Positions 26,887-36,047 of a stretch of 64,000 nt of DNA are shown here, piece after piece; positions within the stretch are counted from its first letter, which is position 1, and the number at the start of each line of letters is the position of its first letter. The position numbers and the translations under genes were made by a program. Source of the stretch: an uncultured Dehalococcoidia bacterium (GTDB lineage Bacteria; Chloroflexota; Dehalococcoidia; GIF9; UBA5629); assembly GCA_937975645.1 (NCBI GenBank), contig CALJTV010000016.1:12348-76347 (forward strand), read 5' to 3'. The notes under the pieces were generated by a model. It saw nothing but the letters and a program-made list of their open reading frames with translations, made no database searches and was not told the origin of the DNA.

Positions 26887-27387
26887 ATGCTTGAAGTAAT
26901 AGATGGCGGTCTACCCTCCAGGACTCAAGCAAAGCTCGTCAGTGCCTGCCTACTGGGAATAAAATGTAATTGGAAGGGTGACGAAAGTTACCCCAACCAA
27001 AAGTTGCTGGAGCTGGCAAAGGGTGAGGTGCTGGTACCTGTCTGCCCGGAGCAGCTCGGTGGGCTGCCCACACCACGAAGCCCACAGGAAATTCAGGGCG
27101 GCGACGGCAACGATGTGCTCAACGGCAGGGCAAGGGTGGTGAATAAGGAGGGGAACGACGTGACCACTGCGTTCCTCCGCGGCGCCGAGGAGACGCTGAA
27201 GATAGCCAGACTTTTGGGCATCGGGGAGTTTATCGGTAAGTCCGGTAGCCCTTCCTGCGGCTGCAACTGGGTCTACGACGGCTCGTTTTCGGGAAAGCGG
27301 ATCTCAGGTAGAGGAGTCACCGCAGCGCTGCTGGAGCGGAACGGCATCAGGCTGATAGCAGAAGAGGAACTTACCCCAGAGAAGTGA
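26887..27387 (+). CDS. DUF523/TudS-family protein (thiouracil desulfidase-like, Fe-S)
   Basis: LVSACLLGIKCNW..., ...VCPEQLGGLPTPR... and ...GSPSCG match the DUF523 pattern. Confidence 0.7.
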   Translation: MLEVIDGGLPSRTQAKLVSACLLGIKCNWKGDESYPNQKLLELAKGEVLVPVCPEQLGGLPTPRSPQEIQGGDGNDVLNGRARVVNKEGNDVTTAFLRGAEETLKIARLLGIGEFIGKSGSPSCGCNWVYDGSFSGKRISGRGVTAALLERNGIRLIAEEELTPEK

Positions 27388-27388
27388 G

Positions 27389-28348
27389 TTAGAGGGACTT
27401 CTTCGTAGTTAGTATTGTCCTGACCTCGCCACCGTTGCGGCATTCCACCACCACCTCCCCTTCAGGGGCATCGGAGTAGCGCGCCGTAAGGCTGGCAGCA
27501 AGCCCTAACACCTCGGGCGTCTTCTCCCCACGGAGCAGGGCCATCGGTCCAGGAAAGCCCTTCACCTCCAGTACAAAGTCGTTAGCCCGTTTTAGCTCCG
27601 CAAGCAGCCGGTTCTCCCGCTCATTTCTGCCGATTATGATGTGGCCGCCACCCTCGAAGAAATGTCTGCCGACTTTGAGCAGCTCGATGTCGTCCATGCC
27701 CACTTCCTGCTGCAGGCGGAATAGCTGACGCAGCCGCCCCGAGAACTCTTTGTTGGTGAGCAGGCATCCGCCGCCAGGGGTGCGGAAGCCAGTAATGCCC
27801 AACTTGTGTGCCAGCTCAAGCTGAGGTTTGCGGCTCCTGCCCCGGATGGCAAGCAGCCTCTCTCTGTCCACCCACCCTTCCCTCTCCGGCACCGTCTCCG
27901 GTAGCAGCTTGGCTGACAGCGGTCTGAGGATGAGCCCCTGAAGCCCGGACTCTTTTTCCTCAAGCCGCAGCGCCGCCAGGTGTTGGGTCATCGGTCTTTC
28001 ACCGAGGACATCTCCAGTGACCAAGAACCTAGCACCTATACCTTGCGCCACCTCCCATGCCTTCTTGAGCATGTAGATGCGGCAGTCTATGCAAGGGTTC
28101 ATGCCGCTGCCATAGCCGTGCCGCGGGTGTCTCACCAGCCCTATGTAGTCTTCACCCGCCTCTATCCTGACAAGCGGCACATCAAGCTGGCGGGCAAGGT
28201 GCGCTGCGTAGTCCATCCTGTCGTCAGAGAAGGGCAGCAGCAGGTTGACCGCCACCACCTCCACCCCCTGCCCCTTTACCAGCTTTATCGCCAGCGCCGA
28301 GTCTATGCCGCTGGAGAGCAGACCTACCGATTTGACTTTTTCAGCCAT
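27389..28348 (-). CDS. PP-loop ATP pyrophosphatase, ThiI/MnmA-like thiolation enzyme (no THUMP domain evident)
   Basis: VGLLSSGIDSALA is a PP-loop SGxDS motif, with NPCIDCRIYM (CxxC) and GGGCLLT. The start is taken at MAEKVKS (28348). Confidence 0.6.
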   Translation of the reverse strand: MAEKVKSVGLLSSGIDSALAIKLVKGQGVEVVAVNLLLPFSDDRMDYAAHLARQLDVPLVRIEAGEDYIGLVRHPRHGYGSGMNPCIDCRIYMLKKAWEVAQGIGARFLVTGDVLGERPMTQHLAALRLEEKESGLQGLILRPLSAKLLPETVPEREGWVDRERLLAIRGRSRKPQLELAHKLGITGFRTPGGGCLLTNKEFSGRLRQLFRLQQEVGMDDIELLKVGRHFFEGGGHIIIGRNERENRLLAELKRANDFVLEVKGFPGPMALLRGEKTPEVLGLAASLTARYSDAPEGEVVVECRNGGEVRTILTTKKSL

Positions 28349-28429
28349 GCGACCGTTCCTCACTGCAATCAAAAGGCTGGGCATTCCCAGGGAACGCCCA
28401 GCCTTTTGGTGGGGTCTAAGAGCCCGGGA

Positions 28430-28570
28430 TTATCCCTTGCCGATGCGGAACATCTTGGTGCCGCATACCGGGCAAACGCCCTGGGTTGCCGGCTTCCCGT
28501 TCTTCATGCGGATGTTTCGGGCATCCTTCATCTCCCTCTTGGTGCGGCACTTCATGCAGTAGGCTTGCAT
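28430..28570 (-). CDS. 46-aa zinc-ribbon protein (DUF5679-like)
   Basis: This ORF is absent from the track because it is shorter than 60 aa. It reads MQAYCMKCRTKREMKDARNIRMKNGKPATQGVCPVCGTKMFRIGKG, with CxxC...CxxC. A GGAGGTGG RBS lies 5-8 nt upstream. Confidence 0.6.
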   Translation of the reverse strand: MQAYCMKCRTKREMKDARNIRMKNGKPATQGVCPVCGTKMFRIGKG

Positions 28571-28736
28571 CTACCCACCTCCTTGGTTTATCGTTGCCAA
28601 TACAATAAACCATTGTGTCTCGAGTTGTCAATAGTACTAAGGTGATATTTGCACCAGATTTTTAGTTTTTGCCTTCCCTCCCTGGGACTGATAAAATGGG
28701 GGCTCAACAGGTAAACGAAAGAGGGGACAGCACTAC

Positions 28737-30137
28737 ATGACAAAATATGCCAGAGCCAAGACGCTTGGCGGACTTAAAGCCTCCGGGTACCAGCCGCTCA
28801 CCGTGCGGGAGGAGATGAGGCGCAACCTCATCGCCATGATAAGGGAGGGAAGGACCGTCTTCCCCGGGATCATCGGCTACGATGAGACCGTCATCCCCCA
28901 GGTAGAAAATGCCATCATATCCGGTCAGGACATCATCTTCCTCGGCGAGCGCGGTCAGGCGAAATCGCGCATCATGCGCCTTATGATAAACCTGCTGGAC
29001 GAGGAGGTGCCGTACGTCAAGGGCTGCGAGATCAATTGCCAGCCGCTGGCACCTATCTGTAAGCGCTGCCGCGATAAGCTGGCAAAGGAAGGCGATAGCC
29101 TGGAAATCGACTGGCTCCCCCGTTCGGAAAGGTACGGGGAAAAGCTGGCAACGCCGGATATCACCGTCGCCGACCTCATCGGCGATATCGACCCCATCAA
29201 GGTGGCTGAGGGGAGGTACCTCTCCGATGAGCTTACCATCCACTACGGGCTCATCCCCAGGACGAACCGCGGTATCTTCTGCATCAATGAGCTCCCCGAC
29301 CTCAGTGAGAAGCTGCAGGTGAGCCTGTTCAATCTGATGGAGGAGGGTGATATACAGATAAGGGGCTACCGTGTGCGCCTGCCTCTGGACATACTGCTCG
29401 TCGCCAGCGCCAACCCCGAGGACTATACCAGCCGCGGGCGTATCATCACCCCCCTAAAGGACAGGTACGGCGCCCAGATACGCACCCACTACCCCACCAC
29501 CATCGAGGACGAGATCGCCATCGTGGAGCAGGAACGGAGACACTTCCATAATGGCGATATCGAGGAGTATGTGCCCCAGTATATGAAGGAGATAATCGCC
29601 GAGATAACCCAGCTAGCCAGAAAAAGCCCGGAGATAAACCAGCGCTCTGGGGTCAGCGTCCGTGTCTCTATCGCCAACTACGAGACGGTGCTCTCCAATG
29701 CCATCAGGCGCGCCGTTATCCTCGGCGAGAAGTTAGCCGTGCCCCGTATCAGTGACCTGCCGTACATTATGTCATCTACATGCGGCAAGATCGAGCTGGA
29801 GGGCTTCGAGGATGCCAGGGAGGAGAAGACTATAGACCAGTTGATGAAACGGGCGGTGCTCACCACCTTCAACCGTTATTACCGCTCATATAATTTCGAT
29901 GATGTGGTCTCCCGCTTCAACGAGGGCTTCAGCTTTGAAGTATCGGATATGATGGGTGCTGATAAGTACTTGCGCCAGGCAAAGGCGGTGGGCGGAATGA
30001 TGCAGGCAGCCAAAGTGGTGGCTGAATCAGAGAGACCAGAGGTGATGGCGGCGGCGGTGGAGTTCATCCTCGAGGGACTGCACCTGAGCCGGAAGCTGAA
30101 CAAAGAGCAGGTAAAGGGAAAGGCAATCTACAAGTAA
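28737..30137 (+). CDS. ChlI/BchI-like AAA+ ATPase with inserted Cys4 knuckle
   Basis: Walker A is GERGQAKS. The Walker-B-like segment is GIFCINELPDL. The insertion is CEINCQPLAPICKRC. The gene abuts the downstream VWA gene with a 1-nt gap. Confidence 0.7.
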   Translation: MTKYARAKTLGGLKASGYQPLTVREEMRRNLIAMIREGRTVFPGIIGYDETVIPQVENAIISGQDIIFLGERGQAKSRIMRLMINLLDEEVPYVKGCEINCQPLAPICKRCRDKLAKEGDSLEIDWLPRSERYGEKLATPDITVADLIGDIDPIKVAEGRYLSDELTIHYGLIPRTNRGIFCINELPDLSEKLQVSLFNLMEEGDIQIRGYRVRLPLDILLVASANPEDYTSRGRIITPLKDRYGAQIRTHYPTTIEDEIAIVEQERRHFHNGDIEEYVPQYMKEIIAEITQLARKSPEINQRSGVSVRVSIANYETVLSNAIRRAVILGEKLAVPRISDLPYIMSSTCGKIELEGFEDAREEKTIDQLMKRAVLTTFNRYYRSYNFDDVVSRFNEGFSFEVSDMMGADKYLRQAKAVGGMMQAAKVVAESERPEVMAAAVEFILEGLHLSRKLNKEQVKGKAIYK

Positions 30138-30138
30138 T

Positions 30139-32163
30139 ATGGCTATTTATCGGTACTCTGAGTGGGACGGCACCCAGGAACTTTTCGAGCTCGATGCCGA
30201 CGAGTTGATGAAGCACCTGGAGCGCTACCTGATGCCCTATGGCGACCTGACATATGCTCTGCGCGCTTTGCAGCGCGGCGGCATCACCGATAGACAGGGG
30301 CGGCGCCTTCCCAGCCTGGAGGACTTGTTGGACAGGTTGCGACAGAGGCGCCAGCAGCAGCTCGATAAGTACAACCTAGGCTCAATACTGGACGATATCC
30401 GCAAGAGGCTGGACAACATAGTGACAACGGAGAGAAATGGTATCTCTCGGCGCCTCCAGGAAGCAAGGCAGCAGGCAGGACAATGTCCCTCCGAGCTCAG
30501 CCAGGAGGAACGTGAAAAATTGCTTAAAGCCCTGGAGGACAGGGCAGCGCGGAGCCTGGAAAAGCTTGATGCACTGCCACAGGATATCGGCGGTCAGATA
30601 AGGGAGCTATCACAGTACGATTTCATCGATGATAGCGCTAGGCAGCAGTTCCAGGAACTCATCGATATGCTGAAAAGGTATGCCATGCAGCCATACGCCA
30701 AGAACCTGATGCAGCAGCTTAAGAGCCTCCAGCCGGGCGATATGGCTGCCATGAGACAGCTCCTTCAGGCGATAAACGAAATGCTGGAACAGCGCCTCCA
30801 GGGCGAGGAACCGGACTACCAGCGTTTCCTCCGCCAGTTTGGTCACTTCTTCGGTCCCCAGCCGCCTCAGAGCCTGGACGAACTCCTCGAGTACCTGCAG
30901 GAGCAGATAAGGCAGGCGCAATCGCTGCTGGACAGCCTCTCTCCTGATGACAGGCAAGCACTCGAGGAGATGCTGGAATCAGTGATAGATGATGCTACTC
31001 GTCGCGAGCTGGCACGCCTCAGCGCCAACCTCCAAACACTGGACCCTGACTTCCCATTACACCAGCGCTATCTCTTCTCCGGTGAGGAGCCGCTCTCATA
31101 TCAGGAAGCCCTCAAGTTGATGGAAATGCTGCACAAGATGGATAAGCTCGAGGCACAGATGGAGGATGCCCGCTACAGCCGCTCCACCGACGCCATTAAC
31201 GAGGAACTGGTGAAGGAACTGCTCGGCGAGCAAGCCACCAGGGAACTGGAGCAACTGCGCAATATCACCCGCGTGCTGGAGGAAGCCGGTTATATTCAGC
31301 AAAACGAGTACGGCTATGAGCTGACACCACGCGGCGTCAGGAAGATCGGGCAGAAAGCCCTTCAGGATATCTTCGAGAAGCTAAAAAAAGATGCCCTGGG
31401 TACACATAACCTGAGACGAAAAGGACAGGGTGGCGAGCGCACAGGCGAGACCAGAAAGTACCAGTTTGGTGACGAGTTCCAGGTCCACATCCAGAGGACG
31501 GTGATGAACTCCCTTTACCGCGAGCCCAAGGCTCCGCCACTACACATCGCCCCGGAGGACTTCGAGGTCTTCGAGACCGAGGCACTCACTTGTTCAGCCA
31601 CGGTACTGATGCTTGACTTAAGCCTGTCCATGCCTATGAGAGGTAACTTCGAGGCGGCAAAAAGAGTGGCTATCGCCCTTGACAGCCTCATCAGGAGCCA
31701 GTACCCCAGAGACATCCTTCATACCATCGGCTTCTCCACCTACGCCCGCCTGATCAAAAAAGACGAGCTGCTCTACATAAGCTGGGACGAGTTCGACCCC
31801 TACACCAACATCCAGCAGGGCTTGGCTCTAGCCCGAAAGTTGCTAGGTAAGGTGAGGGCTGCCAACAAGCAGGTGATACTGATAACCGATGGAGAGCCCA
31901 CCGCCCATATCGAAAACGGACGCCTTTTCCTGCAGTACCCACCTAGCCTGCGCACACTGCAACTTACCTTGAGAGAGGCAAAGCGTTGTGCCCAGAGCGG
32001 CATCGTGATCAATACTTTTATGCTCGATTCTTATCAGCTCTATACTGCCTTCGTCGACCAGATGGCAAAGGCAGGCAAGGGTAGGGTATTCTTCACCAGC
32101 GCCGACAACCTAGGACAGTATGTGCTTGTAGACTACGTGGCTAATAAGAGACGCCGATTGTAA
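30139..32163 (+). CDS. von Willebrand factor A (VWA) domain protein with long helical Gln/Leu-rich N-terminal region
   Basis: The C-terminal VWA domain has the MIDAS motif LMLDLSLSM (DxSxS) and ...ILITDGEPTA. The protein is 674 aa. Confidence 0.75.
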   Translation: MAIYRYSEWDGTQELFELDADELMKHLERYLMPYGDLTYALRALQRGGITDRQGRRLPSLEDLLDRLRQRRQQQLDKYNLGSILDDIRKRLDNIVTTERNGISRRLQEARQQAGQCPSELSQEEREKLLKALEDRAARSLEKLDALPQDIGGQIRELSQYDFIDDSARQQFQELIDMLKRYAMQPYAKNLMQQLKSLQPGDMAAMRQLLQAINEMLEQRLQGEEPDYQRFLRQFGHFFGPQPPQSLDELLEYLQEQIRQAQSLLDSLSPDDRQALEEMLESVIDDATRRELARLSANLQTLDPDFPLHQRYLFSGEEPLSYQEALKLMEMLHKMDKLEAQMEDARYSRSTDAINEELVKELLGEQATRELEQLRNITRVLEEAGYIQQNEYGYELTPRGVRKIGQKALQDIFEKLKKDALGTHNLRRKGQGGERTGETRKYQFGDEFQVHIQRTVMNSLYREPKAPPLHIAPEDFEVFETEALTCSATVLMLDLSLSMPMRGNFEAAKRVAIALDSLIRSQYPRDILHTIGFSTYARLIKKDELLYISWDEFDPYTNIQQGLALARKLLGKVRAANKQVILITDGEPTAHIENGRLFLQYPPSLRTLQLTLREAKRCAQSGIVINTFMLDSYQLYTAFVDQMAKAGKGRVFFTSADNLGQYVLVDYVANKRRRL

Positions 32164-32188
32164 TAAAGTCTAAAGGAGGTCTGAAAAT

Positions 32189-33214
32189 ATGCGTGCTGCT
32201 ATTCTGTCTGGTGACAAGCTGGTAATTAAAGATGTTCCCAAGCCAGCACCACGCTATGAAGAAGCCCTGATCAAGCTTACAGTCGCCGGTGTCTGCCACT
32301 CAGACGTCCACATAGTGAAAAGGGACTGGTGGAAGATGCCCTCAACGGCCGAAATTCCCATAGGACACGAGGGTATCGGCATAGTGGAGGAGCTGGGACC
32401 CGGCGCGGAGAGGTTTGTTCAAAAGGGGGACAGGGTGATATTGGGGCTAGGCGGTTTTGCCGGCGCCTACTGGTGTGGCGCCTGCGAGTACTGTCTCAAC
32501 GGCAGACCAAGGCTCTGCCGACTGCAGAGGCCCCTTTCTGGTACATACGCGGAATACATCTCGGTATGGGCAAAGGCACTGGTAAAACTGCCCGACCAGG
32601 TCAACGACAACGAGGTACCATTGGCATGTGGTGGTCTCACCACCTATAGCGCTATAAAAAAGCTTTTCAAATATGGCGTGACGCCAGGAAAGACAGTAGC
32701 CATCGTGGGTGCCGCTGGCGGCTTGGGACATTACGCCACACAGATAGCAAAGCTGTTCGGCTATGTAGTGGTGGGAGTAGATATCGGTAGGGAAAGGCTG
32801 GAATTCGTGAAGAGCATGGGGGCTGACTACGCTTTAGACGCTAGTGAGGCAGCACAGTTCGTCCGTGACAAGCTCGGTGGTGCCCATGCCAGCATCGTAT
32901 TATCGCCCAGGGTAGCCGGTTTCGAGCTCGGGCTCGCCTTGCTCAGGCGCAGCGGCGTGTTCATCGGCGTGGGCATGCCCGCAGCCAGCGAGGGCGGGAT
33001 CACCCTGATGCCTCTGGACATATTGAATAGGGACCTGCTGATAATGTCTTCGGGCGCCGGAACAGTGGACGAGATGACGGAACTTGTCCAAATAGCCGCT
33101 GCCGGCAAAATAAAGAGCCACATAGCCAAGGTCGCCCCTCTCGAGCAAGCCCCTGAGATACTTGAAGAACTGGAACAGGGCAAGTACACCGGCAGGGCAA
33201 TACTTAAGATATAG
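32189..33214 (+). CDS. zinc-dependent alcohol dehydrogenase (MDR family)
   Basis: GVCHSD, GHEGIGIV, the structural-zinc Cys cluster CGACEYCLNGRPRLC, and VGAAGGLG. Confidence 0.85.
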   Translation: MRAAILSGDKLVIKDVPKPAPRYEEALIKLTVAGVCHSDVHIVKRDWWKMPSTAEIPIGHEGIGIVEELGPGAERFVQKGDRVILGLGGFAGAYWCGACEYCLNGRPRLCRLQRPLSGTYAEYISVWAKALVKLPDQVNDNEVPLACGGLTTYSAIKKLFKYGVTPGKTVAIVGAAGGLGHYATQIAKLFGYVVVGVDIGRERLEFVKSMGADYALDASEAAQFVRDKLGGAHASIVLSPRVAGFELGLALLRRSGVFIGVGMPAASEGGITLMPLDILNRDLLIMSSGAGTVDEMTELVQIAAAGKIKSHIAKVAPLEQAPEILEELEQGKYTGRAILKI

Positions 33215-33215
33215 G

Positions 33216-34586
33216 CTAGGCGGACGGGACATCCTTAGGCGATGCCGGCATCATAAAGATAGCCGGTATGGTGACCAGCATCACCGCTGCCAGCCCAGTA
33301 AACACAATAAAGAAGCCATGCTCCATATCGCCTGCCCTTTGCAGCACCAGGGAGGTGACTGCGATGCTTACTGCCCCGCCGATCTGACGGAACATCCCCC
33401 TTACCCCAGTGATGGTGGCAACGCGGTCTGGCATCAGCTCAATGCAGGCATTATTTGCCGCCGGCGCCTGTATGCCCATGCCAACCCCAGCGAGCAACAT
33501 CACCCCCGAAACCAACACCACGCTGTTGACGTGCACCCCGACCGTTGTACCCAAGCCCAGAGCAGCAGCACCCAGCAAAATAAGGTTTGCCGTGGTCAAC
33601 AGCGTGCCGATTAGCATCGGCTGCCGGTAGCCCCATCTCACCAGAAACATGCTGGTGAGCGTTGAAGCTAGAATCATAGCCACCGACCGCGGCGTGAGGA
33701 CGAACCCGCTTTGAAACACGGTCATATTGAATATAGAAACGGCATAAAGCGGTATGAATGCCATTACCCCCATAACGCAGGCACCCATCACGAAATTGAA
33801 AATGTTCGCTGCCAGAAAAGGTCTCTCGCTCAAGACTTCAAGGTCGATGATCGGTTCCTTCGTCCTTCTCTCATACCACACAAATGTCGTTATCATCACG
33901 CCGGTGGAAGCAAATAATACCCCTGACCCGAACCATGAACCATTCCCATTGCCTAGCTGACTCAACCCCATCAGGAAGGCAAATACCGATGCTGTAAGAA
34001 GCCCGGCTCCAATTAGGTCTACCTGCCCCTTTTCCCTCTCCTCACCACGCAATAGAAATGCTGCCGCAACAATAGCGATAACCCCGATGGGGACATTGAC
34101 CCAGAATACAGACCGCCACCCAAAAGCTTCCACCAACCAGCCACCAAGGTTCGGACCAATTATCTGCCCAATGGGGAAAATGCTGGTGAACAGCCCTATA
34201 GCCTGCTGCCTTGACCCGGGAAACTCTTTGGCAGCTATGCTCGTCGCCACAGGCAGGAAACTGCCGGCACCCACACCCTGTAGAGTCCTGAAGAGAATAA
34301 GCAGCTCGATGTTCGGTGCCAGGGCACAGAGCAACGAGCCAAGTGTAAAAGATGATAGAGACAACATAAAAATCTTCTTCACACCAAATATGTCACCAGC
34401 TTTTCCTGCCAGGGGCATGGTCACAGTAGCCACCAGCTGAAAGATGGTCAGCACCCAGCCGGCGAGGATCAACGAAATGCCGAACGAGCTTGTAATTATG
34501 GGAAAGGCAACCGACACAGCAGTGCCACTTATCGCCACCATCAGCAGCCCCAAAGATATGACACCGAAGATGAAGTATTTGGACAT
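33216..34586 (-). CDS. MFS transporter, DHA2 (EmrB/QacA-like, 14-TM type)
   Basis: About 456 aa and highly hydrophobic, with ...LAGKAGDIFGVKK... The start is taken at MSKYFIFGV (34586). The stop is 1 nt from the convergent ADH stop. Confidence 0.8.
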   Translation of the reverse strand: MSKYFIFGVISLGLLMVAISGTAVSVAFPIITSSFGISLILAGWVLTIFQLVATVTMPLAGKAGDIFGVKKIFMLSLSSFTLGSLLCALAPNIELLILFRTLQGVGAGSFLPVATSIAAKEFPGSRQQAIGLFTSIFPIGQIIGPNLGGWLVEAFGWRSVFWVNVPIGVIAIVAAAFLLRGEEREKGQVDLIGAGLLTASVFAFLMGLSQLGNGNGSWFGSGVLFASTGVMITTFVWYERRTKEPIIDLEVLSERPFLAANIFNFVMGACVMGVMAFIPLYAVSIFNMTVFQSGFVLTPRSVAMILASTLTSMFLVRWGYRQPMLIGTLLTTANLILLGAAALGLGTTVGVHVNSVVLVSGVMLLAGVGMGIQAPAANNACIELMPDRVATITGVRGMFRQIGGAVSIAVTSLVLQRAGDMEHGFFIVFTGLAAVMLVTIPAIFMMPASPKDVPSA

Positions 34587-34731
34587 GGCGATTATTTTAG
34601 CAGGCACGCTGTGACAGCACCAAAACAGATGAGTAACCGGAAAACAACAATAGATTACCACCGGATCGGTCTGTACCGTCTTAGTCCAGAAACCGCCAGC
34701 GGCATGGAAAATCAACAGCTTTATTCAGAGG

Positions 34732-34761
34732 TTGACAGCCCACAAAACAAGAGGCTACACT
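34732..34761 (+). promoter_or_regulatory. candidate sigma70-type promoter
   Basis: TTGACA (34732-34737), an 18-nt spacer, then TACACT (34756-34761). It is followed by the AAGGAAGGTGA RBS and ATG 34802. Confidence 0.4.
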
Positions 34762-34801
34762 ATGGCACCCGGACAAAAAACAACAAAAAGGAAGGTGAGC
34801 T

Positions 34802-35635
34802 ATGTGTGAAAACTGCCATGAACATGGAGAGGGAAAGATATGGTACTTGCAGGCTAAGAACTACTCACTCGACCTGAGAAGCGACCTTAAAAGACGTGGC
34901 ATCGTTTTCGACAATAAACTTTACTGGCAAAGCCTGCAAAAATGGGAGGCAATAAAGAAAAAACCGTTCTTGATAAGAGCAATAATGGAGCCCGGCATTA
35001 GGAGACGCGTCAGGCAGCAACACTCCGGTCAAGTTCTCCCGATCGAAGATGTGGAGAAAGTCTTCGAGATTGTAAACAGCGTGGTACGCGTGGACTGCTG
35101 GTGTCGCAAAGCCAGAAACGTCAAGGACTTGCGCTATTGCTACGGAATAAGCGTACTACCGCCGGATGAACACACCCAGAGAGTAGCACGCAGGCCCGGG
35201 TCCGGGTTTCTCTCAGGCGCCGAGACCACAGGTCTAGAGAGGTTGACTAAGGAAGAGGCGCTTAACCACATGAGAGAATATGAGAAAGAAGGGCTAGTCC
35301 ACTCCGTCTGGGTAGCGCCGGAACCATTTATTATCGGCATCTGCAATTGTGACCGCTCAGACTGCGGTGCGCTTTCGCGCACGGTGATGGCGGGCATAGA
35401 CACCCTCACACGCGCTGAGTATGTGTCTGAGGTCGACCCCGAGCTGTGCAATGGCTGCCGGAACTGCATGCGCGTCTGCCAGTTCGGTGCCATTGGCTAC
35501 AGCGCCGCCAACAAGAAGGTGTTTATTGATGTGACCCGGTGCTTTGGCTGCGGCGTCTGCCGATCAGTCTGCACCAAGAACGCCATACATCTGCGCGACC
35601 GTGCTAGCGTGCCGGTAGCCGCCAACCTGTGGTAA
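34802..35635 (+). CDS. 2x[4Fe-4S] ferredoxin-domain protein of unknown function
   Basis: CNGCRNCMRVC and CFGCGVCRSVC are ferredoxin motifs near the C-terminus. Additional N-terminal Cys pairs are present (MCENCH...). Confidence 0.7.
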   Translation: MCENCHEHGEGKIWYLQAKNYSLDLRSDLKRRGIVFDNKLYWQSLQKWEAIKKKPFLIRAIMEPGIRRRVRQQHSGQVLPIEDVEKVFEIVNSVVRVDCWCRKARNVKDLRYCYGISVLPPDEHTQRVARRPGSGFLSGAETTGLERLTKEEALNHMREYEKEGLVHSVWVAPEPFIIGICNCDRSDCGALSRTVMAGIDTLTRAEYVSEVDPELCNGCRNCMRVCQFGAIGYSAANKKVFIDVTRCFGCGVCRSVCTKNAIHLRDRASVPVAANLW

Positions 35636-36047
35636 GGTACCGTCTATACAACAGGCACCAAAACCTCCGCTCACCAGGACCGGAGAGGGGTTCCGTTTTG
35701 CCTTCACTGGAGCGGATGCACCTGAACAGCAAGTAGATAGACTTTTCCGTTTAGCGGCACACCGAGCTCACCGAGATTAACCACGCCTTCTCCGCGCTGC
35801 TCTTCCAACGTTCCATACAGATAATAGCTGCAGGAAAAATCGGCTCACGCCATTTCTACTTCAAAGGACAACCGCTTTATCTCTTTCGGTCATTGCGTTT
35901 AACCTTTTGGTACTTCCTAAAGCAAGCACGGAGAAACGACAATCTTTATAGGCTGTAGCCGTCGCTTCGAAGACAGGGCGCACTTGACGGGCGTGACCGA
36001 CGATATGCTGACTAGCGACCTGCAAGTCATAGGTTAAGGGGGCAAAA

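Noticed and set aside
28737-32163. The AAA+/VWA pair as a known anti-phage defence system.
   Set aside because: No nuclease, protease, helicase or other effector-type domain is adjacent. The architecture matches generic ChlI/MoxR-VWA pairs rather than any defence system I can name. It is kept only as a moderate-interest uncharacterised module.
35640-36047. The 400-bp untranslated region upstream of the MCP, considered as a riboswitch, an sRNA or a sigma28 promoter. The 81-aa minus-strand ORF 35861-36106 was also considered.
   Set aside because: I could not identify a conserved riboswitch core, a convincing TAAA-N15-GCCGATAA motif or a strong hairpin. The ORF overlaps the MCP start and lacks any recognisable features.
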